Below, piece after piece: positions 24,401-36,720 of a DNA stretch of 64,000 bases (its first letter is position 1; each line of letters begins with the position of its first letter). Source of the DNA: Octopus bimaculoides (taxonomy: Eukaryota); the NCBI RefSeq assembly GCF_001194135.2, contig NC_068982.1, forward strand, positions 61,560,867 through 61,624,866, written 5' to 3'. The notes below the pieces were generated by a model, which made no database searches, was not told the origin of the DNA, and was given only the letters and a program-made list of their open reading frames with translations. Position numbers and translations under genes: made by a program.

Positions 24401-26500
24401 CATGTCAAATTAGACGGGAGTCTGGTACAGCCTTCCAGCTTGCCAGCCCTGGTCATGCCATCCAACCCATGCCAACATGGACATTAAATGATTATGCAAT
24501 CAATGTAATTCAAGCAACCATTCATAGCAGTGTTTTCTGATAATACATACTCACAAACTCATTTCAGAATGTAGTGTAATCCAGTGATTCTGAATTCCAT
24601 CAACTTGATTTCTTTGCCTATCTTTGATAACATCAATTTGGATTCCATAACTAATAAAGTTCTGAGTTACTTGAAATTATATATTATCTTACCTAATTTA
24701 GCATTCATTTCTTGGTATCACTAACTGTATAGATCAGTTCTTTTTAATAAATCATATCAAACTTAAAAATCACAGCATCAAAATACTAAAATTTTTATTC
24801 CAATAGACTTCTGTAGAATAAAATTATTTACCTCTCGTACAACAATCTGTCTGTCTTTAACTTTGTATCTGTGCATTTTTTCAATGGCTTTCCTGGCTGT
24901 TTCTTTGTCTTTGAATTCTAGAAGGCTGGAGGAAGAGAAAAGACAATTTGTTAATCATCATATCCTATAAATATTGAAATATCAAAATAAACCATTAAAA
25001 TATAATTACCATGCTCCTTTAGGTTTTCCATCAACAGTTTCCATCATGTCCACATATGGAGCTTCACCAACTACAAAAATTTTTAATATTTTTCATTTAA
25101 AAACTTCATAGACTTACAAGATAAAATTAAAGCAACAAGTGGTTCAACATATTAAGTTACTTAAAAGTAATATTTAAAAAGAACCTACCTTCCTTTTTGA
25201 AAATATCCTTTATTTCCATCCATTTCATTTCATATGGAATATTGCAGACATAGACTCGTTTTGAATTAACTGTTATTCGCCGTCGTCTTGGAGATTTAGA
25301 TCTAGACCTTGATCTAACAGGTGATCGGGAACGAGATCCCGATGGAGACCTAATAAAACCAAATTTATAAATATAAAAAAAATTTTCTAAGTGTCTTAAA
25401 ATAGTAAATGAAAGACATGAAGTATGTGTAAATTACTTTCTTACATTATCCTTATTGTTTTTATGAGCGTCATTTTAGCACACAATTATGTTTTCAATAC
25501 AGACTATTTTAGAAAATCCATATCCAAACTGAAAACCATAACCCATAATTCATCTCAGGAACTTTTCTTACCAGTCCAGTGGCTATCATAATTTACTGTT
25601 ACAAGCACCATCAAATCACAACTTGTAGTTTAACCAAAGTTGCTTTATTTGCTTTAAACTACAGAAATCAGTGGGTCTTGAGGGCTAAATTTACCTTCTA
25701 GACAAAAAATTGCTTTCTGAAAAGCCTAATGGACCAGGGTCCTAAAACCTTCGAAGTGTTATTGCTCTTATTGTATGCAATTTCATTAAAATACTTTAGC
25801 AGAAAAAGAAAAGACAGTTAATTGACATTGCAAACCCATTTTGAATGTCAGAAAAAAAAAATTTTTCAAATGAAAAAGTTAAAACTGAGAGAACACCACC
25901 ATAAATTTGTAATCAAGAAATATGCTCATTTATGTACTTGCCAACGGTTAATTTTAAAAGGATTTGTGCGACTTTGAGCTTCATATTAAAAACATTACGT
26001 TGGCAACGATGAATGAGCTAATACGAATAATAAAATTAAAAAATATTCTCAACTCCATTTCAAAACACTAATAAAGTTATTTTATAACAAAAACCGTATT
26101 CAAACTTGGCTTAATTTTCCGGTAACTGAATAGCTTGACCCCCAGCCGTTTACCGTTACAAATTTTCCAAGCCTAAAATTTTAAAAAATTAATCTTTTTT
26201 AATAATTCACAGCCGAAAATTTCTTAAAGACTACTACCCTCCTATTGATAATTATAGATTAAAAGATTGACCTAGCAGATAAAGTTATCTTACTAGTCGA
26301 CACTATTTGTATGTAATCTGTGAGCACCGGTGAGAATTTATGATTCGTTAGCTTAGCGCCAATTTTAACTTTTCACGTGGGTTTAGAAAAGGCAACGAGA
26401 AATCATAACTATCACATAATCATCAGTGCACCAGACTTACAATTACGAGTCTGAGGATACCATTCATTATAACTAGGTTTTCAGTTACCTTTCCCGCCAT
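17257..26500 (-). CDS. MYEF2: hnRNP M / myelin expression factor 2 family RNA-binding protein: complement join(26489..26500,25695..25741,25189..25349,25010..25070,24832..24925,23815..24021,23575..23728,22786..22896,19481..19555,18544..19364,18403..18454,18175..18273,17257..17318); 1956 nt, 651 aa
   Basis: All introns are GT-AG and the frame stays open. Three RRMs carry family motifs: RVYVCNIPYEMKWMEIKD; TVFVANLDYKVTWKKLKDVFKLAG...GKSRGMGIVTFEHPMEAVQAISMFNSQTLYDRAMVVRMD; RNLPHSFTWQMLRERF...GKCRGWGVVRFATPEDAQRAV. It is probably the single invertebrate co-orthologue of HNRNPM and MYEF2, so the symbol is a family call. The two N-terminal exons are less certain than the rest. Confidence 0.93.
18544..19364 (-). 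CDS. MYEF2: MYEF2 Gly/Met-rich low-complexity exon
   Basis: 821 nt within ORF 18469..19335; tttcag| acceptor, AAT|gtgagt donor; ends with the start of RRM3 (DDCHIAVRN). Confidence 0.95.
19481..19555 (-). CDS. MYEF2: MYEF2 exon (SGLKTIGLGLGVGGQPLQNFNNQMS)
   Basis: ctcctttag| acceptor, CAG|gtgtgt donor; resembles the family GLGGIGMGLGPGGQP motif. Confidence 0.93.
22786..22896 (-). CDS. MYEF2: MYEF2 end of RRM2
   Basis: SMFNSQTLYDRAMVVRMDK...SLP; ttttag| acceptor, |gtaagt donor. Confidence 0.95.
23093..23440 (+). mobile_element. tRNA-derived SINE in a MYEF2 intron
   Basis: aggcatagctatgtagtaag...ggttcagtcccactgtgtgacaccttgg head and core with a different tail. Confidence 0.8.
23575..24021 (-). 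CDS. MYEF2: MYEF2 linker and RRM2 exons 23815..24021 and 23575..23728
   Basis: ...GIEGPLTNTVFVAN|LDYKVTWKKLKDVF...; the intron position matches my recollection of vertebrate HNRNPM. Confidence 0.95.
24832..25070 (-). CDS. MYEF2: MYEF2 RRM1 exons 25010..25070 and 24832..24925
   Basis: VGEAPYVDMMETVDGKPKGAC / LLEFKDKETARKAIEKMHRYKVKDRQIVVRE; 84-nt GT-AG intron between them. Confidence 0.93.
25189..25349 (-). CDS. MYEF2: MYEF2 RS-rich region plus start of RRM1
   Basis: SPSGSRSRSPVRSRSRSKSPRRRRITVNSKRVYVCNIPYEMKWMEIKDIFKKE; ttattag| acceptor, |gtaggt donor. Confidence 0.93.
25695..25741 (-). CDS. MYEF2: MYEF2 47-nt exon (DPGPLGFSESNFLSRR)
   Basis: ggttttag|GAC...AGAAG|gtaaat; the only exon I found that bridges phase 0 to phase 2. 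Confidence 0.6.
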
Positions 26501-28100
26501 CGTTAAAAATAACTCGTATCGCTACACTTTTGCATCTTTAAAATATTCGCACATGGGTTCACACCGCCTTCCAATTTCCCGATTTACAATATTTCTTCAT
26601 CGTAAACGATAGTGAGATCATTGGAAAACCATTCACATGGACTCGTTGCTAAATTGGAAGCTGGGTGTCAAAGCTTCTTTCAACTAGGATCAAAACGCCC
26701 CTTTGACGATTAACAATGTGAGCTTAGGTTTGGTGACGAAGTATATTTTTCAAGTTTGTAAATTAAGTTTTAAAACAATTTTTGTTGTAAACTTAACATT
26801 TCATTACTTTTTATTTATTTATTTTGATGAGTGAAATCAAGCCTGCGGTGCGAAGCGAATAAAAAAATAAAAAAGAAGATAAACGAAATTTGTGTCAAAC
26901 GGCTGTTAAGAATATCATCGGAACTACTGATTGGTGTCCACCCCTCCGACACAACTTTTTGAAAAAATGCATATTCTTTGATGAAAATTTAGCAGATACG
27001 CTTTCAAGGATTTAGATACCCATGTTGATAAAATTTAAGGGGGAAAAAAAAAAAAAAAAAACCATTTCGCATCATTTTCTTCGTCCGATTGTTACCACTT
27101 CCCCTAACTTTAGCATTATTCAGATTTCTTTGAAGCACCATGTAATATACTCTCCTGAAACGTATTTCTGAAAATTTCATTTCATAACATGCATCCTAAT
27201 GAGAGTTAGGAAGAAACAAAATCAGGTGGGATGAGAATGATCCGAAATTCAATATCAATTGTAATCTACCCTCGAAAACGTATTATCGTAAAATTTCTTG
27301 AAAAACATGCATTATTAATGTTATTAGGAAAGCAAGTCAGAGTTAGGAGCATCAATGTGTAGTTTTACCCTAAATATACGTTTCTATAACCAGCCGGAAT
27401 AAGAAAAACATATACTGTAGAATATGTAACACGTATGTATTTACAAAAACTAAGTATGTTTCTTCGTCCTCCCCACTTTAAATGTATCTTCACTGCTACA
27501 TCGTATTGACGTTAATAAAACGAAAAACCGAAACTGCTTCACCGCCATAATATCAATGTTAAAATGCAAACTTGATATATAATCAACTATTTATGCTAAA
27601 CCTAGAGGAATTGACTAAAAAATATTCTGTGACTAAGCAACCATACTCGCCAAGTCGGACAAGTGGTCGATTTCACTACTTTTTCAATTATTGTCGCTTT
27701 AGAACACAATCTACTGTTAATGAAATTGATTAAGCACCCCTGCAAGTAAACTCATTTTAGGGCAAGAATAGTTACATAATCAACTTTCACCAATCTAAAT
27801 GGGGTAAAAAAAATTTTTAAATCAGTTTTGCCTAATTTATAAACTAAACCAAATGAATGACAGTTCCAGTTTGCTGTATTCGTATCCCTTTAAGTAGTGC
27901 TACTATAATAAATGCACTCACTCTTACCGCCCCAGTTACCAAGCAACAGAGGCCGGTAAGAAGGAAAAACAGCTACTCAGAAGGTGGAGCACTGAACTGA
28001 ATAGATAAATAGTGTGGAGATCGATTCCTCACTTATTCTAGAACAGAATTGCACAAAATATACATATTCACAATCTTAATGAATCATTGATGAAATTTCA
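25950..28100 (-). promoter_or_regulatory. CpG-retaining promoter / 5' UTR region of MYEF2
   Basis: CG dinucleotides are visibly more frequent than in the gene-body introns. The region surrounds the ATG exon, and extra - strand donors lie at about 27928 (CG|GTAAGA). Confidence 0.5.
26489..26500 (-). CDS. MYEF2: MYEF2 first coding exon (MAGK)
   Basis: aacgATGGCGGGAAAG|gtaact: good start context within a CpG-retaining region. Confidence 0.7.
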
Positions 28101-29599
28101 CAATTGTTGCGCCACCACTAAGTTTTAGATTAAAGAAGAAAACTTAATAGCTTTAAGGTTTTCACTCAATTTGGTGATGAAAGAGAGCCTTTGCAGGAAC
28201 TCAACACCGCTATTTTCAGCATATTTAGCAAGGCAAACCCTTGTATTATTTCGGAAAAAAAAAACAGGTAATGGTAAATCGTTAGAAACATTCACTAGTT
28301 CGAAATCTGTGCGACTGCAAAATGCACTCAAATGTAGACATAATAGTTAGATATCAATAATTTTGCGGGGCAAACAAGATACTATTTAAATGATTAGATG
28401 AATAAACGAACATATTTAAGTTTGTCATTATTTGACAAAACTGAAACAATATCAAATTGCGATCATCATTCCTTGAAGGTGAAATAACATCGTAAAAATG
28501 ACCAGTTCCTTCACTCCCTATTACTGGGGGATATGTAACAGGAGATGAAACGAGATAAATTTGTCGTTAAATTTCATTAATGAAATTACTTTTACTTGAA
28601 ATTATTAATTCAATATTAAACTAGACAAACAAAAGGCGTCATATACCAATAAGAAACAAAACGTAGATAATGAACATCTTGCGGTTTAAATAGGTCGAGG
28701 TTAGCAGTCCTGTCATTTTATAGGATATTATTCAAATTACAACTTGTAAATTGAGATCTAAAACCAAGTTGGCAAGTGACATCTCGCCACTAAATGGTTG
28801 CGTCCTTCGGAAAAATTCCATAAAATTACTGAACCTGGAAACTAAAGCACCACTTTCCCAAAATCTAATTAATGACCCAATCTTGGAGACACTTTAAAGT
28901 AAATAAAGGCTTAAATAGATTGACTTATATACTACGTTGAAAAAGAATTGGATGAGTAACAGATAAGTTCCAGTTTTGTACTTGTATGCTTTGCGTTAAG
29001 AGTTCTTTTTCAATAAATTTCGCCTATTTAACATGTGAATGGGTCGATTGACGAGAAAGATTCAAGGAAATGTTGCCAATAAGTTTCAACTTTTAAACCG
29101 ACTGCCCAATATTACTAAAATTTACTTAAATTTCAGCAACAATCCAAGCATTGTATATACTTCCGGACAAGAGAAGGTATGATTAATAGGTGTCCTTCAC
29201 AATACATTATTCAAGGAAATGACAGACTGTAGTATAAAACTTTCGATATTCATGCAAATAACCAAAATTAAGACAATTGACATTAACTCCATTTAATTTA
29301 AATATTTCAGAATTGTGGACCGACAGATGAAAGTAATTTCAATATTTTATTTACAAAATAAAAACCAGGAAGCGAATGCATTTATTTTTCATTTATATCT
29401 AAACACGTTTTTTTGTTTTTTTTACACCCTTTTATGTAAGAAATATTTTTGCATCCGGTTTTGAGAAACACATGGTTGGAAATACATGTTATGTCGATTG
29501 TGTGTATGTAGAGATAAAATAGAGCACAAAGTGGATAAAAATTGTCTTTATTTTCAATAAAAGAGAAAGACAGAAATATGCTTAATAAAAATCATTCAT

Positions 29600-30650
29600 T
29601 TACCAGAAGAATAACCCTCAACAAACTAGCTAATGAAATAGTGTAAGAGTGAGGAAGTGGAGAGAGCACGAGTGGAACGGTGGCGTCCATTTTGGAGAGG
29701 CGGTTTGAAATTTGGAGAAAAATATATATAATAGAGTATTACCATATGTAAGGTGTAAAATATTATAAAACAGGTTGTAAGAATTGTTCTGGTGGAAAAC
29801 AAGATATATAGAATTAAAGAGAAATAGCAAAGAGAAGACATTAAAAAAATAAAATCAATATTTTTTTTTGTGAGAGACTAGCGGCTTGGCGCGTCAGCCT
29901 GAATATGGCCGCAAAATGGGGGATCAGCACTCTTGACTGTTCGTTGTTTCGAACACGTATATGTAGGTTAATCACAGGAAACGCTGACTGACATAGAATT
30001 ATGATTAAAGTCAAAATAAGGGGGAAAACCATAGCGGATATTTCAAAGAAGGAAGATTGTTTAAAATATGCTGCTATTCCACGTTAATAGATAACCTGCT
30101 GGAACAGTCGCCATTGTCGTATTAGAGTAACAAGGAGTGGTCATAAAATGGCAGACTTCTTACTAGATACAGAATAACAGAGAGACGATCCCTCACTTCT
30201 CGGCCACCCTTTGAGGTAGAAAAATAAGATTTGAAAAAGGACAAACCATTGACAAAAGACATAAGCAAATAGTTAATGACAAACGAAATTTTCTTCATTT
30301 TTCAGTTGGAAATTCGCTAACAGAAGTGAAGTTGAAGATAAACGACACTGTAAGAAACGAATAAACGCCTACTGTTTTGTTTGCTTTCATTAAGCAAAGT
30401 GAGGATAACAGTGAATGGAGTTGTTTAGAATAAATAATAAATATCATATTGGTTTTACCTGTAACGGTTGTTTTCTGCATTGGGCGAACTTGCCCTCGAA
30501 TTTTTCTCACTTTTTTCGCAGTCGGACATCGCTGCTGTAATCGTGACTAAGACTTTCTCTCACTCTCTCCCTCACTGTTTTGCGTGTGTGTATGTGAGTG
30601 AGTGAGTTAAGCAACACCGAAGCTACACTCGGTTGTCGTTTTCAGAAATG
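29600..30650. promoter_or_regulatory. Second CpG-retaining, promoter-like region with YY1-like AAAATGG/AATATGGC motifs on both strands
   Basis: CCATTTT at about 29687, AATATGGCCGCAAAATGG at about 29902, AAAATGGCAG at about 30145; splice donors point outwards on both sides. Confidence 0.4.
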
Positions 30651-31814
30651 TGGTAACAGGCGGAGTAGACTGTATTAAAGAAGTTGGAGTATAACGTTTA
30701 GTGGGAGAAGGAGGAGGCGAAAGAACAATCAAACGGTCACGAAGATAGAAAGCGAGTCAGAGAGGGAGGTAAAGATAGAGAGAAAGGGAGCACAAGGGTA
30801 GAAGGAAGTGCAAACAAACGGTTAGGAAACTAGAAAGGGAGCTAGAAAAAGGGAGGCAAAAGAGAAAAGTGTAGATGATGAGGAAAGAGAGCTCTCGGAA
30901 AATATAATTAGAGAAGAGAATCGAGAGGAAACGGAACAATAAGGGGAAAAGACAGATAGAGAGTGAGAATAGGAAAAAAAAGTACTACACGTCAAGAAGA
31001 AATAGAGACTGCAATATTTGAAAAGTGGTGGGCGGTTCAAAATAACACTAGAGAAAGAACAAGAGGAGGAGGCAGAGATAACAATGACGAAACTGAAGGC
31101 GGAAGAGTAGGAGGACATTCAAAGCGAGCTGTTTAAAGATGTCGGGCGGTTTTTTTATGTTGTCTTTGAGTCTTTCTAGGAAAACGTAGAGAAAAAAATT
31201 TCATTGAATTTTAAAAATTAAAAAAATAAATTTCATTGAATTTACTCATCTTTCATTCTAAGATTAAAAAAATAAACATGTATAAAAGCATAAAAAAAAC
31301 TCCAAATAATGCGTATCGTCCGATGAATAATGAAAGGAAAATGATTAAATGAGAGAAAAAAAATCCCTGCCCAAAGACAGACGTTAACGGCGGGGAGATA
31401 ATTCTCCAGTTCTCCATTGCTCAATTAAACTAGCAACCATGCCAACGTTTATTATTATGGAGTCCCACTCAACTTCAATGTCACACTTTGCTTCCTCATC
31501 TCTCACTCCCACTTCGTATATATGTGCATCTAATCTCACAATGAAATACAATTCATTACTATATTTATATACTATATCCTCTTCAAATCAACTTATTATT
31601 TTTCACTTTCTCTTCTAAGATAATTATTTATTGATATGGTATAATTTTCTTATTTACATTTATATTCATAATTTTTATTTATACCTTTGTTCTCAATTAT
31701 TGACTTATATGTTAACAGTTATACTAATAAAAAAGAAAGGTCATTAATTCTCATAAACCCAAATATCTAGTGTGTGTGTATTATAGATAATATGAATGTG
31801 TGTGTGTGTTTGTG

Positions 31815-31849
<35 letters not shown>

Positions 31850-32100
31850 ATAATGTATACAGAGATACACAAAAACGTGCACACGTAAATGACACACACA
31901 CATATATATATATTTATTTATTTATTTCCTATAACAACTGGTCACCATTTGCTAACAAGGACAACCTGCTGAACATCAATATTTCATTTGCTTTATTGGA
32001 GAAATATACATATATGTACATTCATATACATATGTTACATTATATTATTCTATATCAAAAGTTGACAGTTTACAGTTCAGTTTCGCCCTTGGCAGAGCTG

Positions 32101-32150
<50 letters not shown>

Positions 32151-32589
32151 TTGTATTCACACATGCATATATATATGCATTCACACACGCATGTGTGTGG
32201 AGAATTACCCTACAAGATTAGTGACCCTCTTCAGTGGGTAGAGCATAGAAATGAATACCATATGGGAGTTTTTAATTAAAACAAGAACATGGAAGCTATA
32301 GCCATAAAAAAGAAATTTCAAAATATTAAAATGTTAGATTTAACGGTCCTAATTTCTATTACCTAATTGTCCCACGAGATATTGGTCAGTGATTATGTGT
32401 TGGTTAGATGTAATAATATAGTTAGTGACATGAACCCTATCCTAATGACAGTCAGTTTCTCTATATATATACTCTGGCTCAAGCAGGATGAGCTTGTAAC
32501 ATCACATCTAGGAGAATATCCCTAGAATAGTAATATAGAAACAACAATGGAGTTAAAAAAAAAAAGATCTGGTTTGAAATTGTGACCCT

Positions 32590-33455
32590 AGCAAAACGAC
32601 TAACAACTGAAGAAGGTCAGAAGGTCCAAATATATTAGCATCGAAGGACACCCCTTCAACACAGTCAACCACTTCACCTATCCAAGGAGCATCATTTCTA
32701 CTGATGCAACTGTAAAATGGATGTTGACAACTGCATTGCCAAAGCCAACACTTCCTTTGGATGTCTGCAGAAGCATGTATAGCAGAATTGTGTACTGCAC
32801 CTGTCCACCAAGATGAAAATCTATAAGGCAGTTGTCATCACTACTCTTCTTTATGAATCAGAAATTTGGGTGTTTTACAGGAAGCAGGTTAAGCAGCAGG
32901 AATGCTTCCAGCAAAAGTGTCTTCCCTCCATCATGGACACCTAATGGAAGGGACACATCACCAACAACAAATACCTCTAGCAGGCCCATAGCCCAAACAC
33001 TGAAGACATGCTGCTACTCAGGCAGGTTACATGGACAGGCCATAATCTCATACACAGACAAATCCAGAATGCAGAAGGTTGCATTCTACAGCAAGTGTAA
33101 GAAGGGAAAAAGTTACAGATGAGACTCAGAAAGCATTTCAAAGACCAATTGAAATGCCAGCTCACCCAGGCAAGACGAGACCCTACAGGTTGAAAGGGAG
33201 TCAAACTACAGAGGGAGGTGTGGTGAGACTGCATCCACATTGCCGCAAACAACTTTACTAAAGCAAGAGCAATTGCAGCAGATAAGAAACACCAAAGAAG
33301 GAAAGAGTCATTGTCATGACCCCTATCTAACCACAGCCTACATATTTACCCCAAGTGTGCCACAGCCTGTCATTCAAGGATCAGTTTACTTAGCCACATG
33401 AGGGCTTGCTGCTCTTATGATCTCTAAACACAAAGAACTGCCACCATCATCATAG
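32590..33455 (+). mobile_element. Decayed RTE-clade LINE, 3' end
   Basis: Frameshifted peptides DVDNCIAKANTSFG, STKMKIYKAVVITTLLYESEIW and CHSRISLLSHMRAC; (CAT)n tail. Confidence 0.85.
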
Positions 33456-33889
33456 TCTTAATGCCTATTTTTCCATACTTGCAATGGATCAGATGAGTAC
33501 ATTAAGGTGGAGTTTGTTCCAGCCAGATATTCTTCCTGATGCCAACTCATGCCTGTCTCCAAATTAGGTAATAATTTCCCAGTCCATAAAAACAACAAAC
33601 AGCCCAGATGTGGTGACATGAAGAACTGGAAGCAAATAACACGATATGAATAAGTCTTTTCTTTACAAAGATCACACATGTCAAGAAACCAAAATATGCT
33701 TTTGCAGTGGACTATGAATAAATGGCATGCTCTGTGTGAACAGCAAGGCCATTGTTTAAGATCAGTGACCACATGTGAAGACATGGGAAACCACAAAATC
33801 ACTCACACAAACATATGCAAGCATATAGATACACACACACATACATATTTATATCTAGGTTGATATGTGAAGATACATATATGTATCAT

Positions 33890-34750
33890 CATCATTTAAT
33901 GTCCACCTTCCATGCTGGCATGGGTTGGATGATCTGACAGAAGGTGGCCAGGCAGAAGACTGCACCAGACTTCTGTGTCTGTTTTGGCCCAATTTTTACA
34001 GCTGCAGTGTGGATTATGCTTTTTACGTGGCACTAGCACAGGCGAGGTCAGTTTTGGCAAGGTTTTTACAGTTGGATGACCTTCCAAATGCCAACCACTT
34101 TACAGTGTGGACTGGATGCTTTTTTACATGGCACCAGCACTGGCAGTGTTACCAAGTAACTTGCAAGACAAAGATCCTTTAAAAGGGGAGGGGACATTGG
34201 AAGGAGTAATTTTGTGTCAAATGATGAAAGGTTATAGTGTAACAGAGAGACAGAAACAGTTGTCTTTTTGTAGAGGAGGTACATGGTTACCCAGCCAGAG
34301 AGAGTGTGATCAAAAATGAGGACAGAAACAGGTGTGCTGCTGTAAAGGAGATACATTATTACTCAGCTAAAGGGAAGAGCCAGAGAAAGAGAGTGGAAGA
34401 CAGCAGGAGAGAGATGGTGGCGAAGTGCCAGGGCATACAAGGAATGGAGATCAGAACATGAATGGGATAGATATTAAAGGAAGAGAAATATAGATAGTAG
34501 CAAGTGCCAGGCATATCCTCAGGTCACAAAGGTCATAATATGAGTAGCAGGGTATTGCCAAAGAAGCAAGTGGAGTGGGGAATCCAGTGATTGGTGAGAA
34601 CCTTGGTATATAGAGGGATTGGGGGACTACAGGATAGCAATGATACAGTGAGCAGGGCAGTGAGATAGGATTGAGGAGTGAGAGATAAGCATAGTGCATA
34701 AAAGAAGAAATGTGAGGAAGAGAAGAGATGTAGTTTGGTTTGTTGGGGTA
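33890..34750 (-). mobile_element. SINE tail repeat joined to a purine-rich repeat body
   Basis: The same arrangement (tail motif followed by a GA-rich segment) recurs at about 6920-7550, 8780-9230 and 35600-36170; family unassigned. Confidence 0.55.
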
Positions 34751-36289
34751 GAGTATGTGAAAAGTTTTATTATTATGTGTGGGTAGAACACACAGCACTT
34801 CTAAAACTCAGTTTTGCTGATGTGAGTAGGTCTTCTCAAGAACTTGATATTGCCAATGGGCTTCTTTCAGTTGCTGCCAAGCAAATCCATTCGCACAGCT
34901 TTGGTTTGCCTGGGGCTATAATAGAAAACAGTAGTTACCTAAGGTGCCACACAGTTGATTGAACCCAAAACTACATGGTTGTGTGGTTAAGAAACAAGCT
35001 CTTAACCATACAGCTATAGAGCTCCAGCTATAGAGCTATGCCTGTACCTGTATGCCTATGCCTGCACCTGTAAACCCAAACCTGCCCCTTAATGCCATGC
35101 TTGTGTCTTTATGGTCATGCCCATGCCTATTGTTATATGGCCATATGTGTGCTTCAATATTGGGTATCCAGTTGTTCAATTGACTGAACTCTTTGAATTA
35201 GCATGTTAAGTAACTGAACATTCTATAGACAAGTATAACTTCGATTTAATAATTCTCAGATAGAATCAGCATTCATTCAAAGCAACATGACAGAGAAGGT
35301 GAACAGAAGAGAGGGTGATGGCAGAAGATAAATAATGACAATAGCAGAGTGTGATGTATTGCAGCCTGGTCTCAATCAAATGAATGAAGCAAGTAAATGA
35401 ATAAATATCTGTGCTTGCTTTCAAAGCTGGCATGGATGAAACATGTTGTCATTGAATCAGTTAGCTGTTATTTGGAATTACTGCCCTCCTGGATGATCTG
35501 AGGTTCACAACTTGCTTGTACATTTCATTTTTAGCATGATTTCTGTATCTTGGCATCCTTCCTAACACCACCAACTTGACAGTTTATTAGTTGTTGAGAG
35601 TTGTCATGTCCTCAGCATGCCTAAAGAGTTCTCTTGATCCAATGTTACTATTATTTGTTGGCTAACCACCACTTTACAGGGTGTTGTGGATACATTTTAT
35701 CATAATACCAGCATTAGAAAGGTAGCTTTATCCTAACCTACTCTGAAGAGTCCTATCTGTTCTGTTCAATCAAGACAAACATGACCAGAAGGTTGAACAG
35801 AAGAGAGAGTGGTGGGAAAGAGAAACCAGGATGAGAGGTTGAAGAAGAGTAAATATGAAATATGATGGTAGAAACATAATATGAAGAGTAGAGAGTCAGA
35901 AAAGTAGAAACAGTGATAGGCAGCTATATGTTAGTTGTCGATAGGAAAACTGAATACAAAAGGACCATAAGCTGTATGGTAGGAAAGGAAGTCTTGATAG
36001 AGAGGGTGAAGGATTGCAAGATAAAAATAAAGATGAGTGATGGCAAGAGAAAATAGGAGATGGATAGAAATAGAGATGGGTGATAGTAAGAAGGAGTAGT
36101 AGATATCAATAAAGAGTGACATGAGTGTTGAGTAAATAACGGTTAGCAATAGAAGAGGGGTGATGGTAGGAGATATTGAATAAGAATGAATTTTATGTCA
36201 TCCTTCATTATGCAGGCAGGAAAGAAGAAAAAAATCCAACACCATTTACTATGCTTACACAAGTGAACAAACCTGCATGTTAAAACTCA

Positions 36290-36720
36290 GGGTCCTTTAG
36301 CATCTCCTTCATGAAGTTCACTATTCTGAGAACAACCTTTGCCACTTCACCTCATGTTTCTGAGGTCTTCTTTCACAGGTTTTATTCACCTTGAGCATTT
36401 GACACTTCTTCATACAACTAACACCTTCCATATGCCTCACATGCCCATAAAGTACAGTCTTCTCTCTTGTGTACTATATCTGATTCCTCTTATATCATGC
36501 TTTTGTCTAACCCATTTGTGCTCTGTTGTTAACCTAAAGTGAATATTCATTTCATTTCTTTCAAGCTTTTATGAATTTTCTGCATTCAAGATCCATGCCT
36601 CACTTTCATGAGTCCACACTTCATATGCAGGTATCATACAATATATCCTTTACTCCAAGAGAGAACCCTTTTGTTAGCAGCTGAAGTAAAAATTCCCTGA
36701 ATTTCACTCCTTCCCACCTT
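36290..36720 (-). mobile_element. Decayed RTE LINE fragment
   Basis: Minus-strand remnants KGFSLGVKDILYDTC...LYGHVRHMEG of the RTE C-terminus. Confidence 0.65.

Noticed and set aside
25445-25473. Alternative start ATGACGCTC...AT|GTAAGA, in phase with the RS exon
   Set aside because: Weak context in AT-rich intron sequence; the MAGK plus 47-nt exon model is better supported, though this one is not formally excluded.
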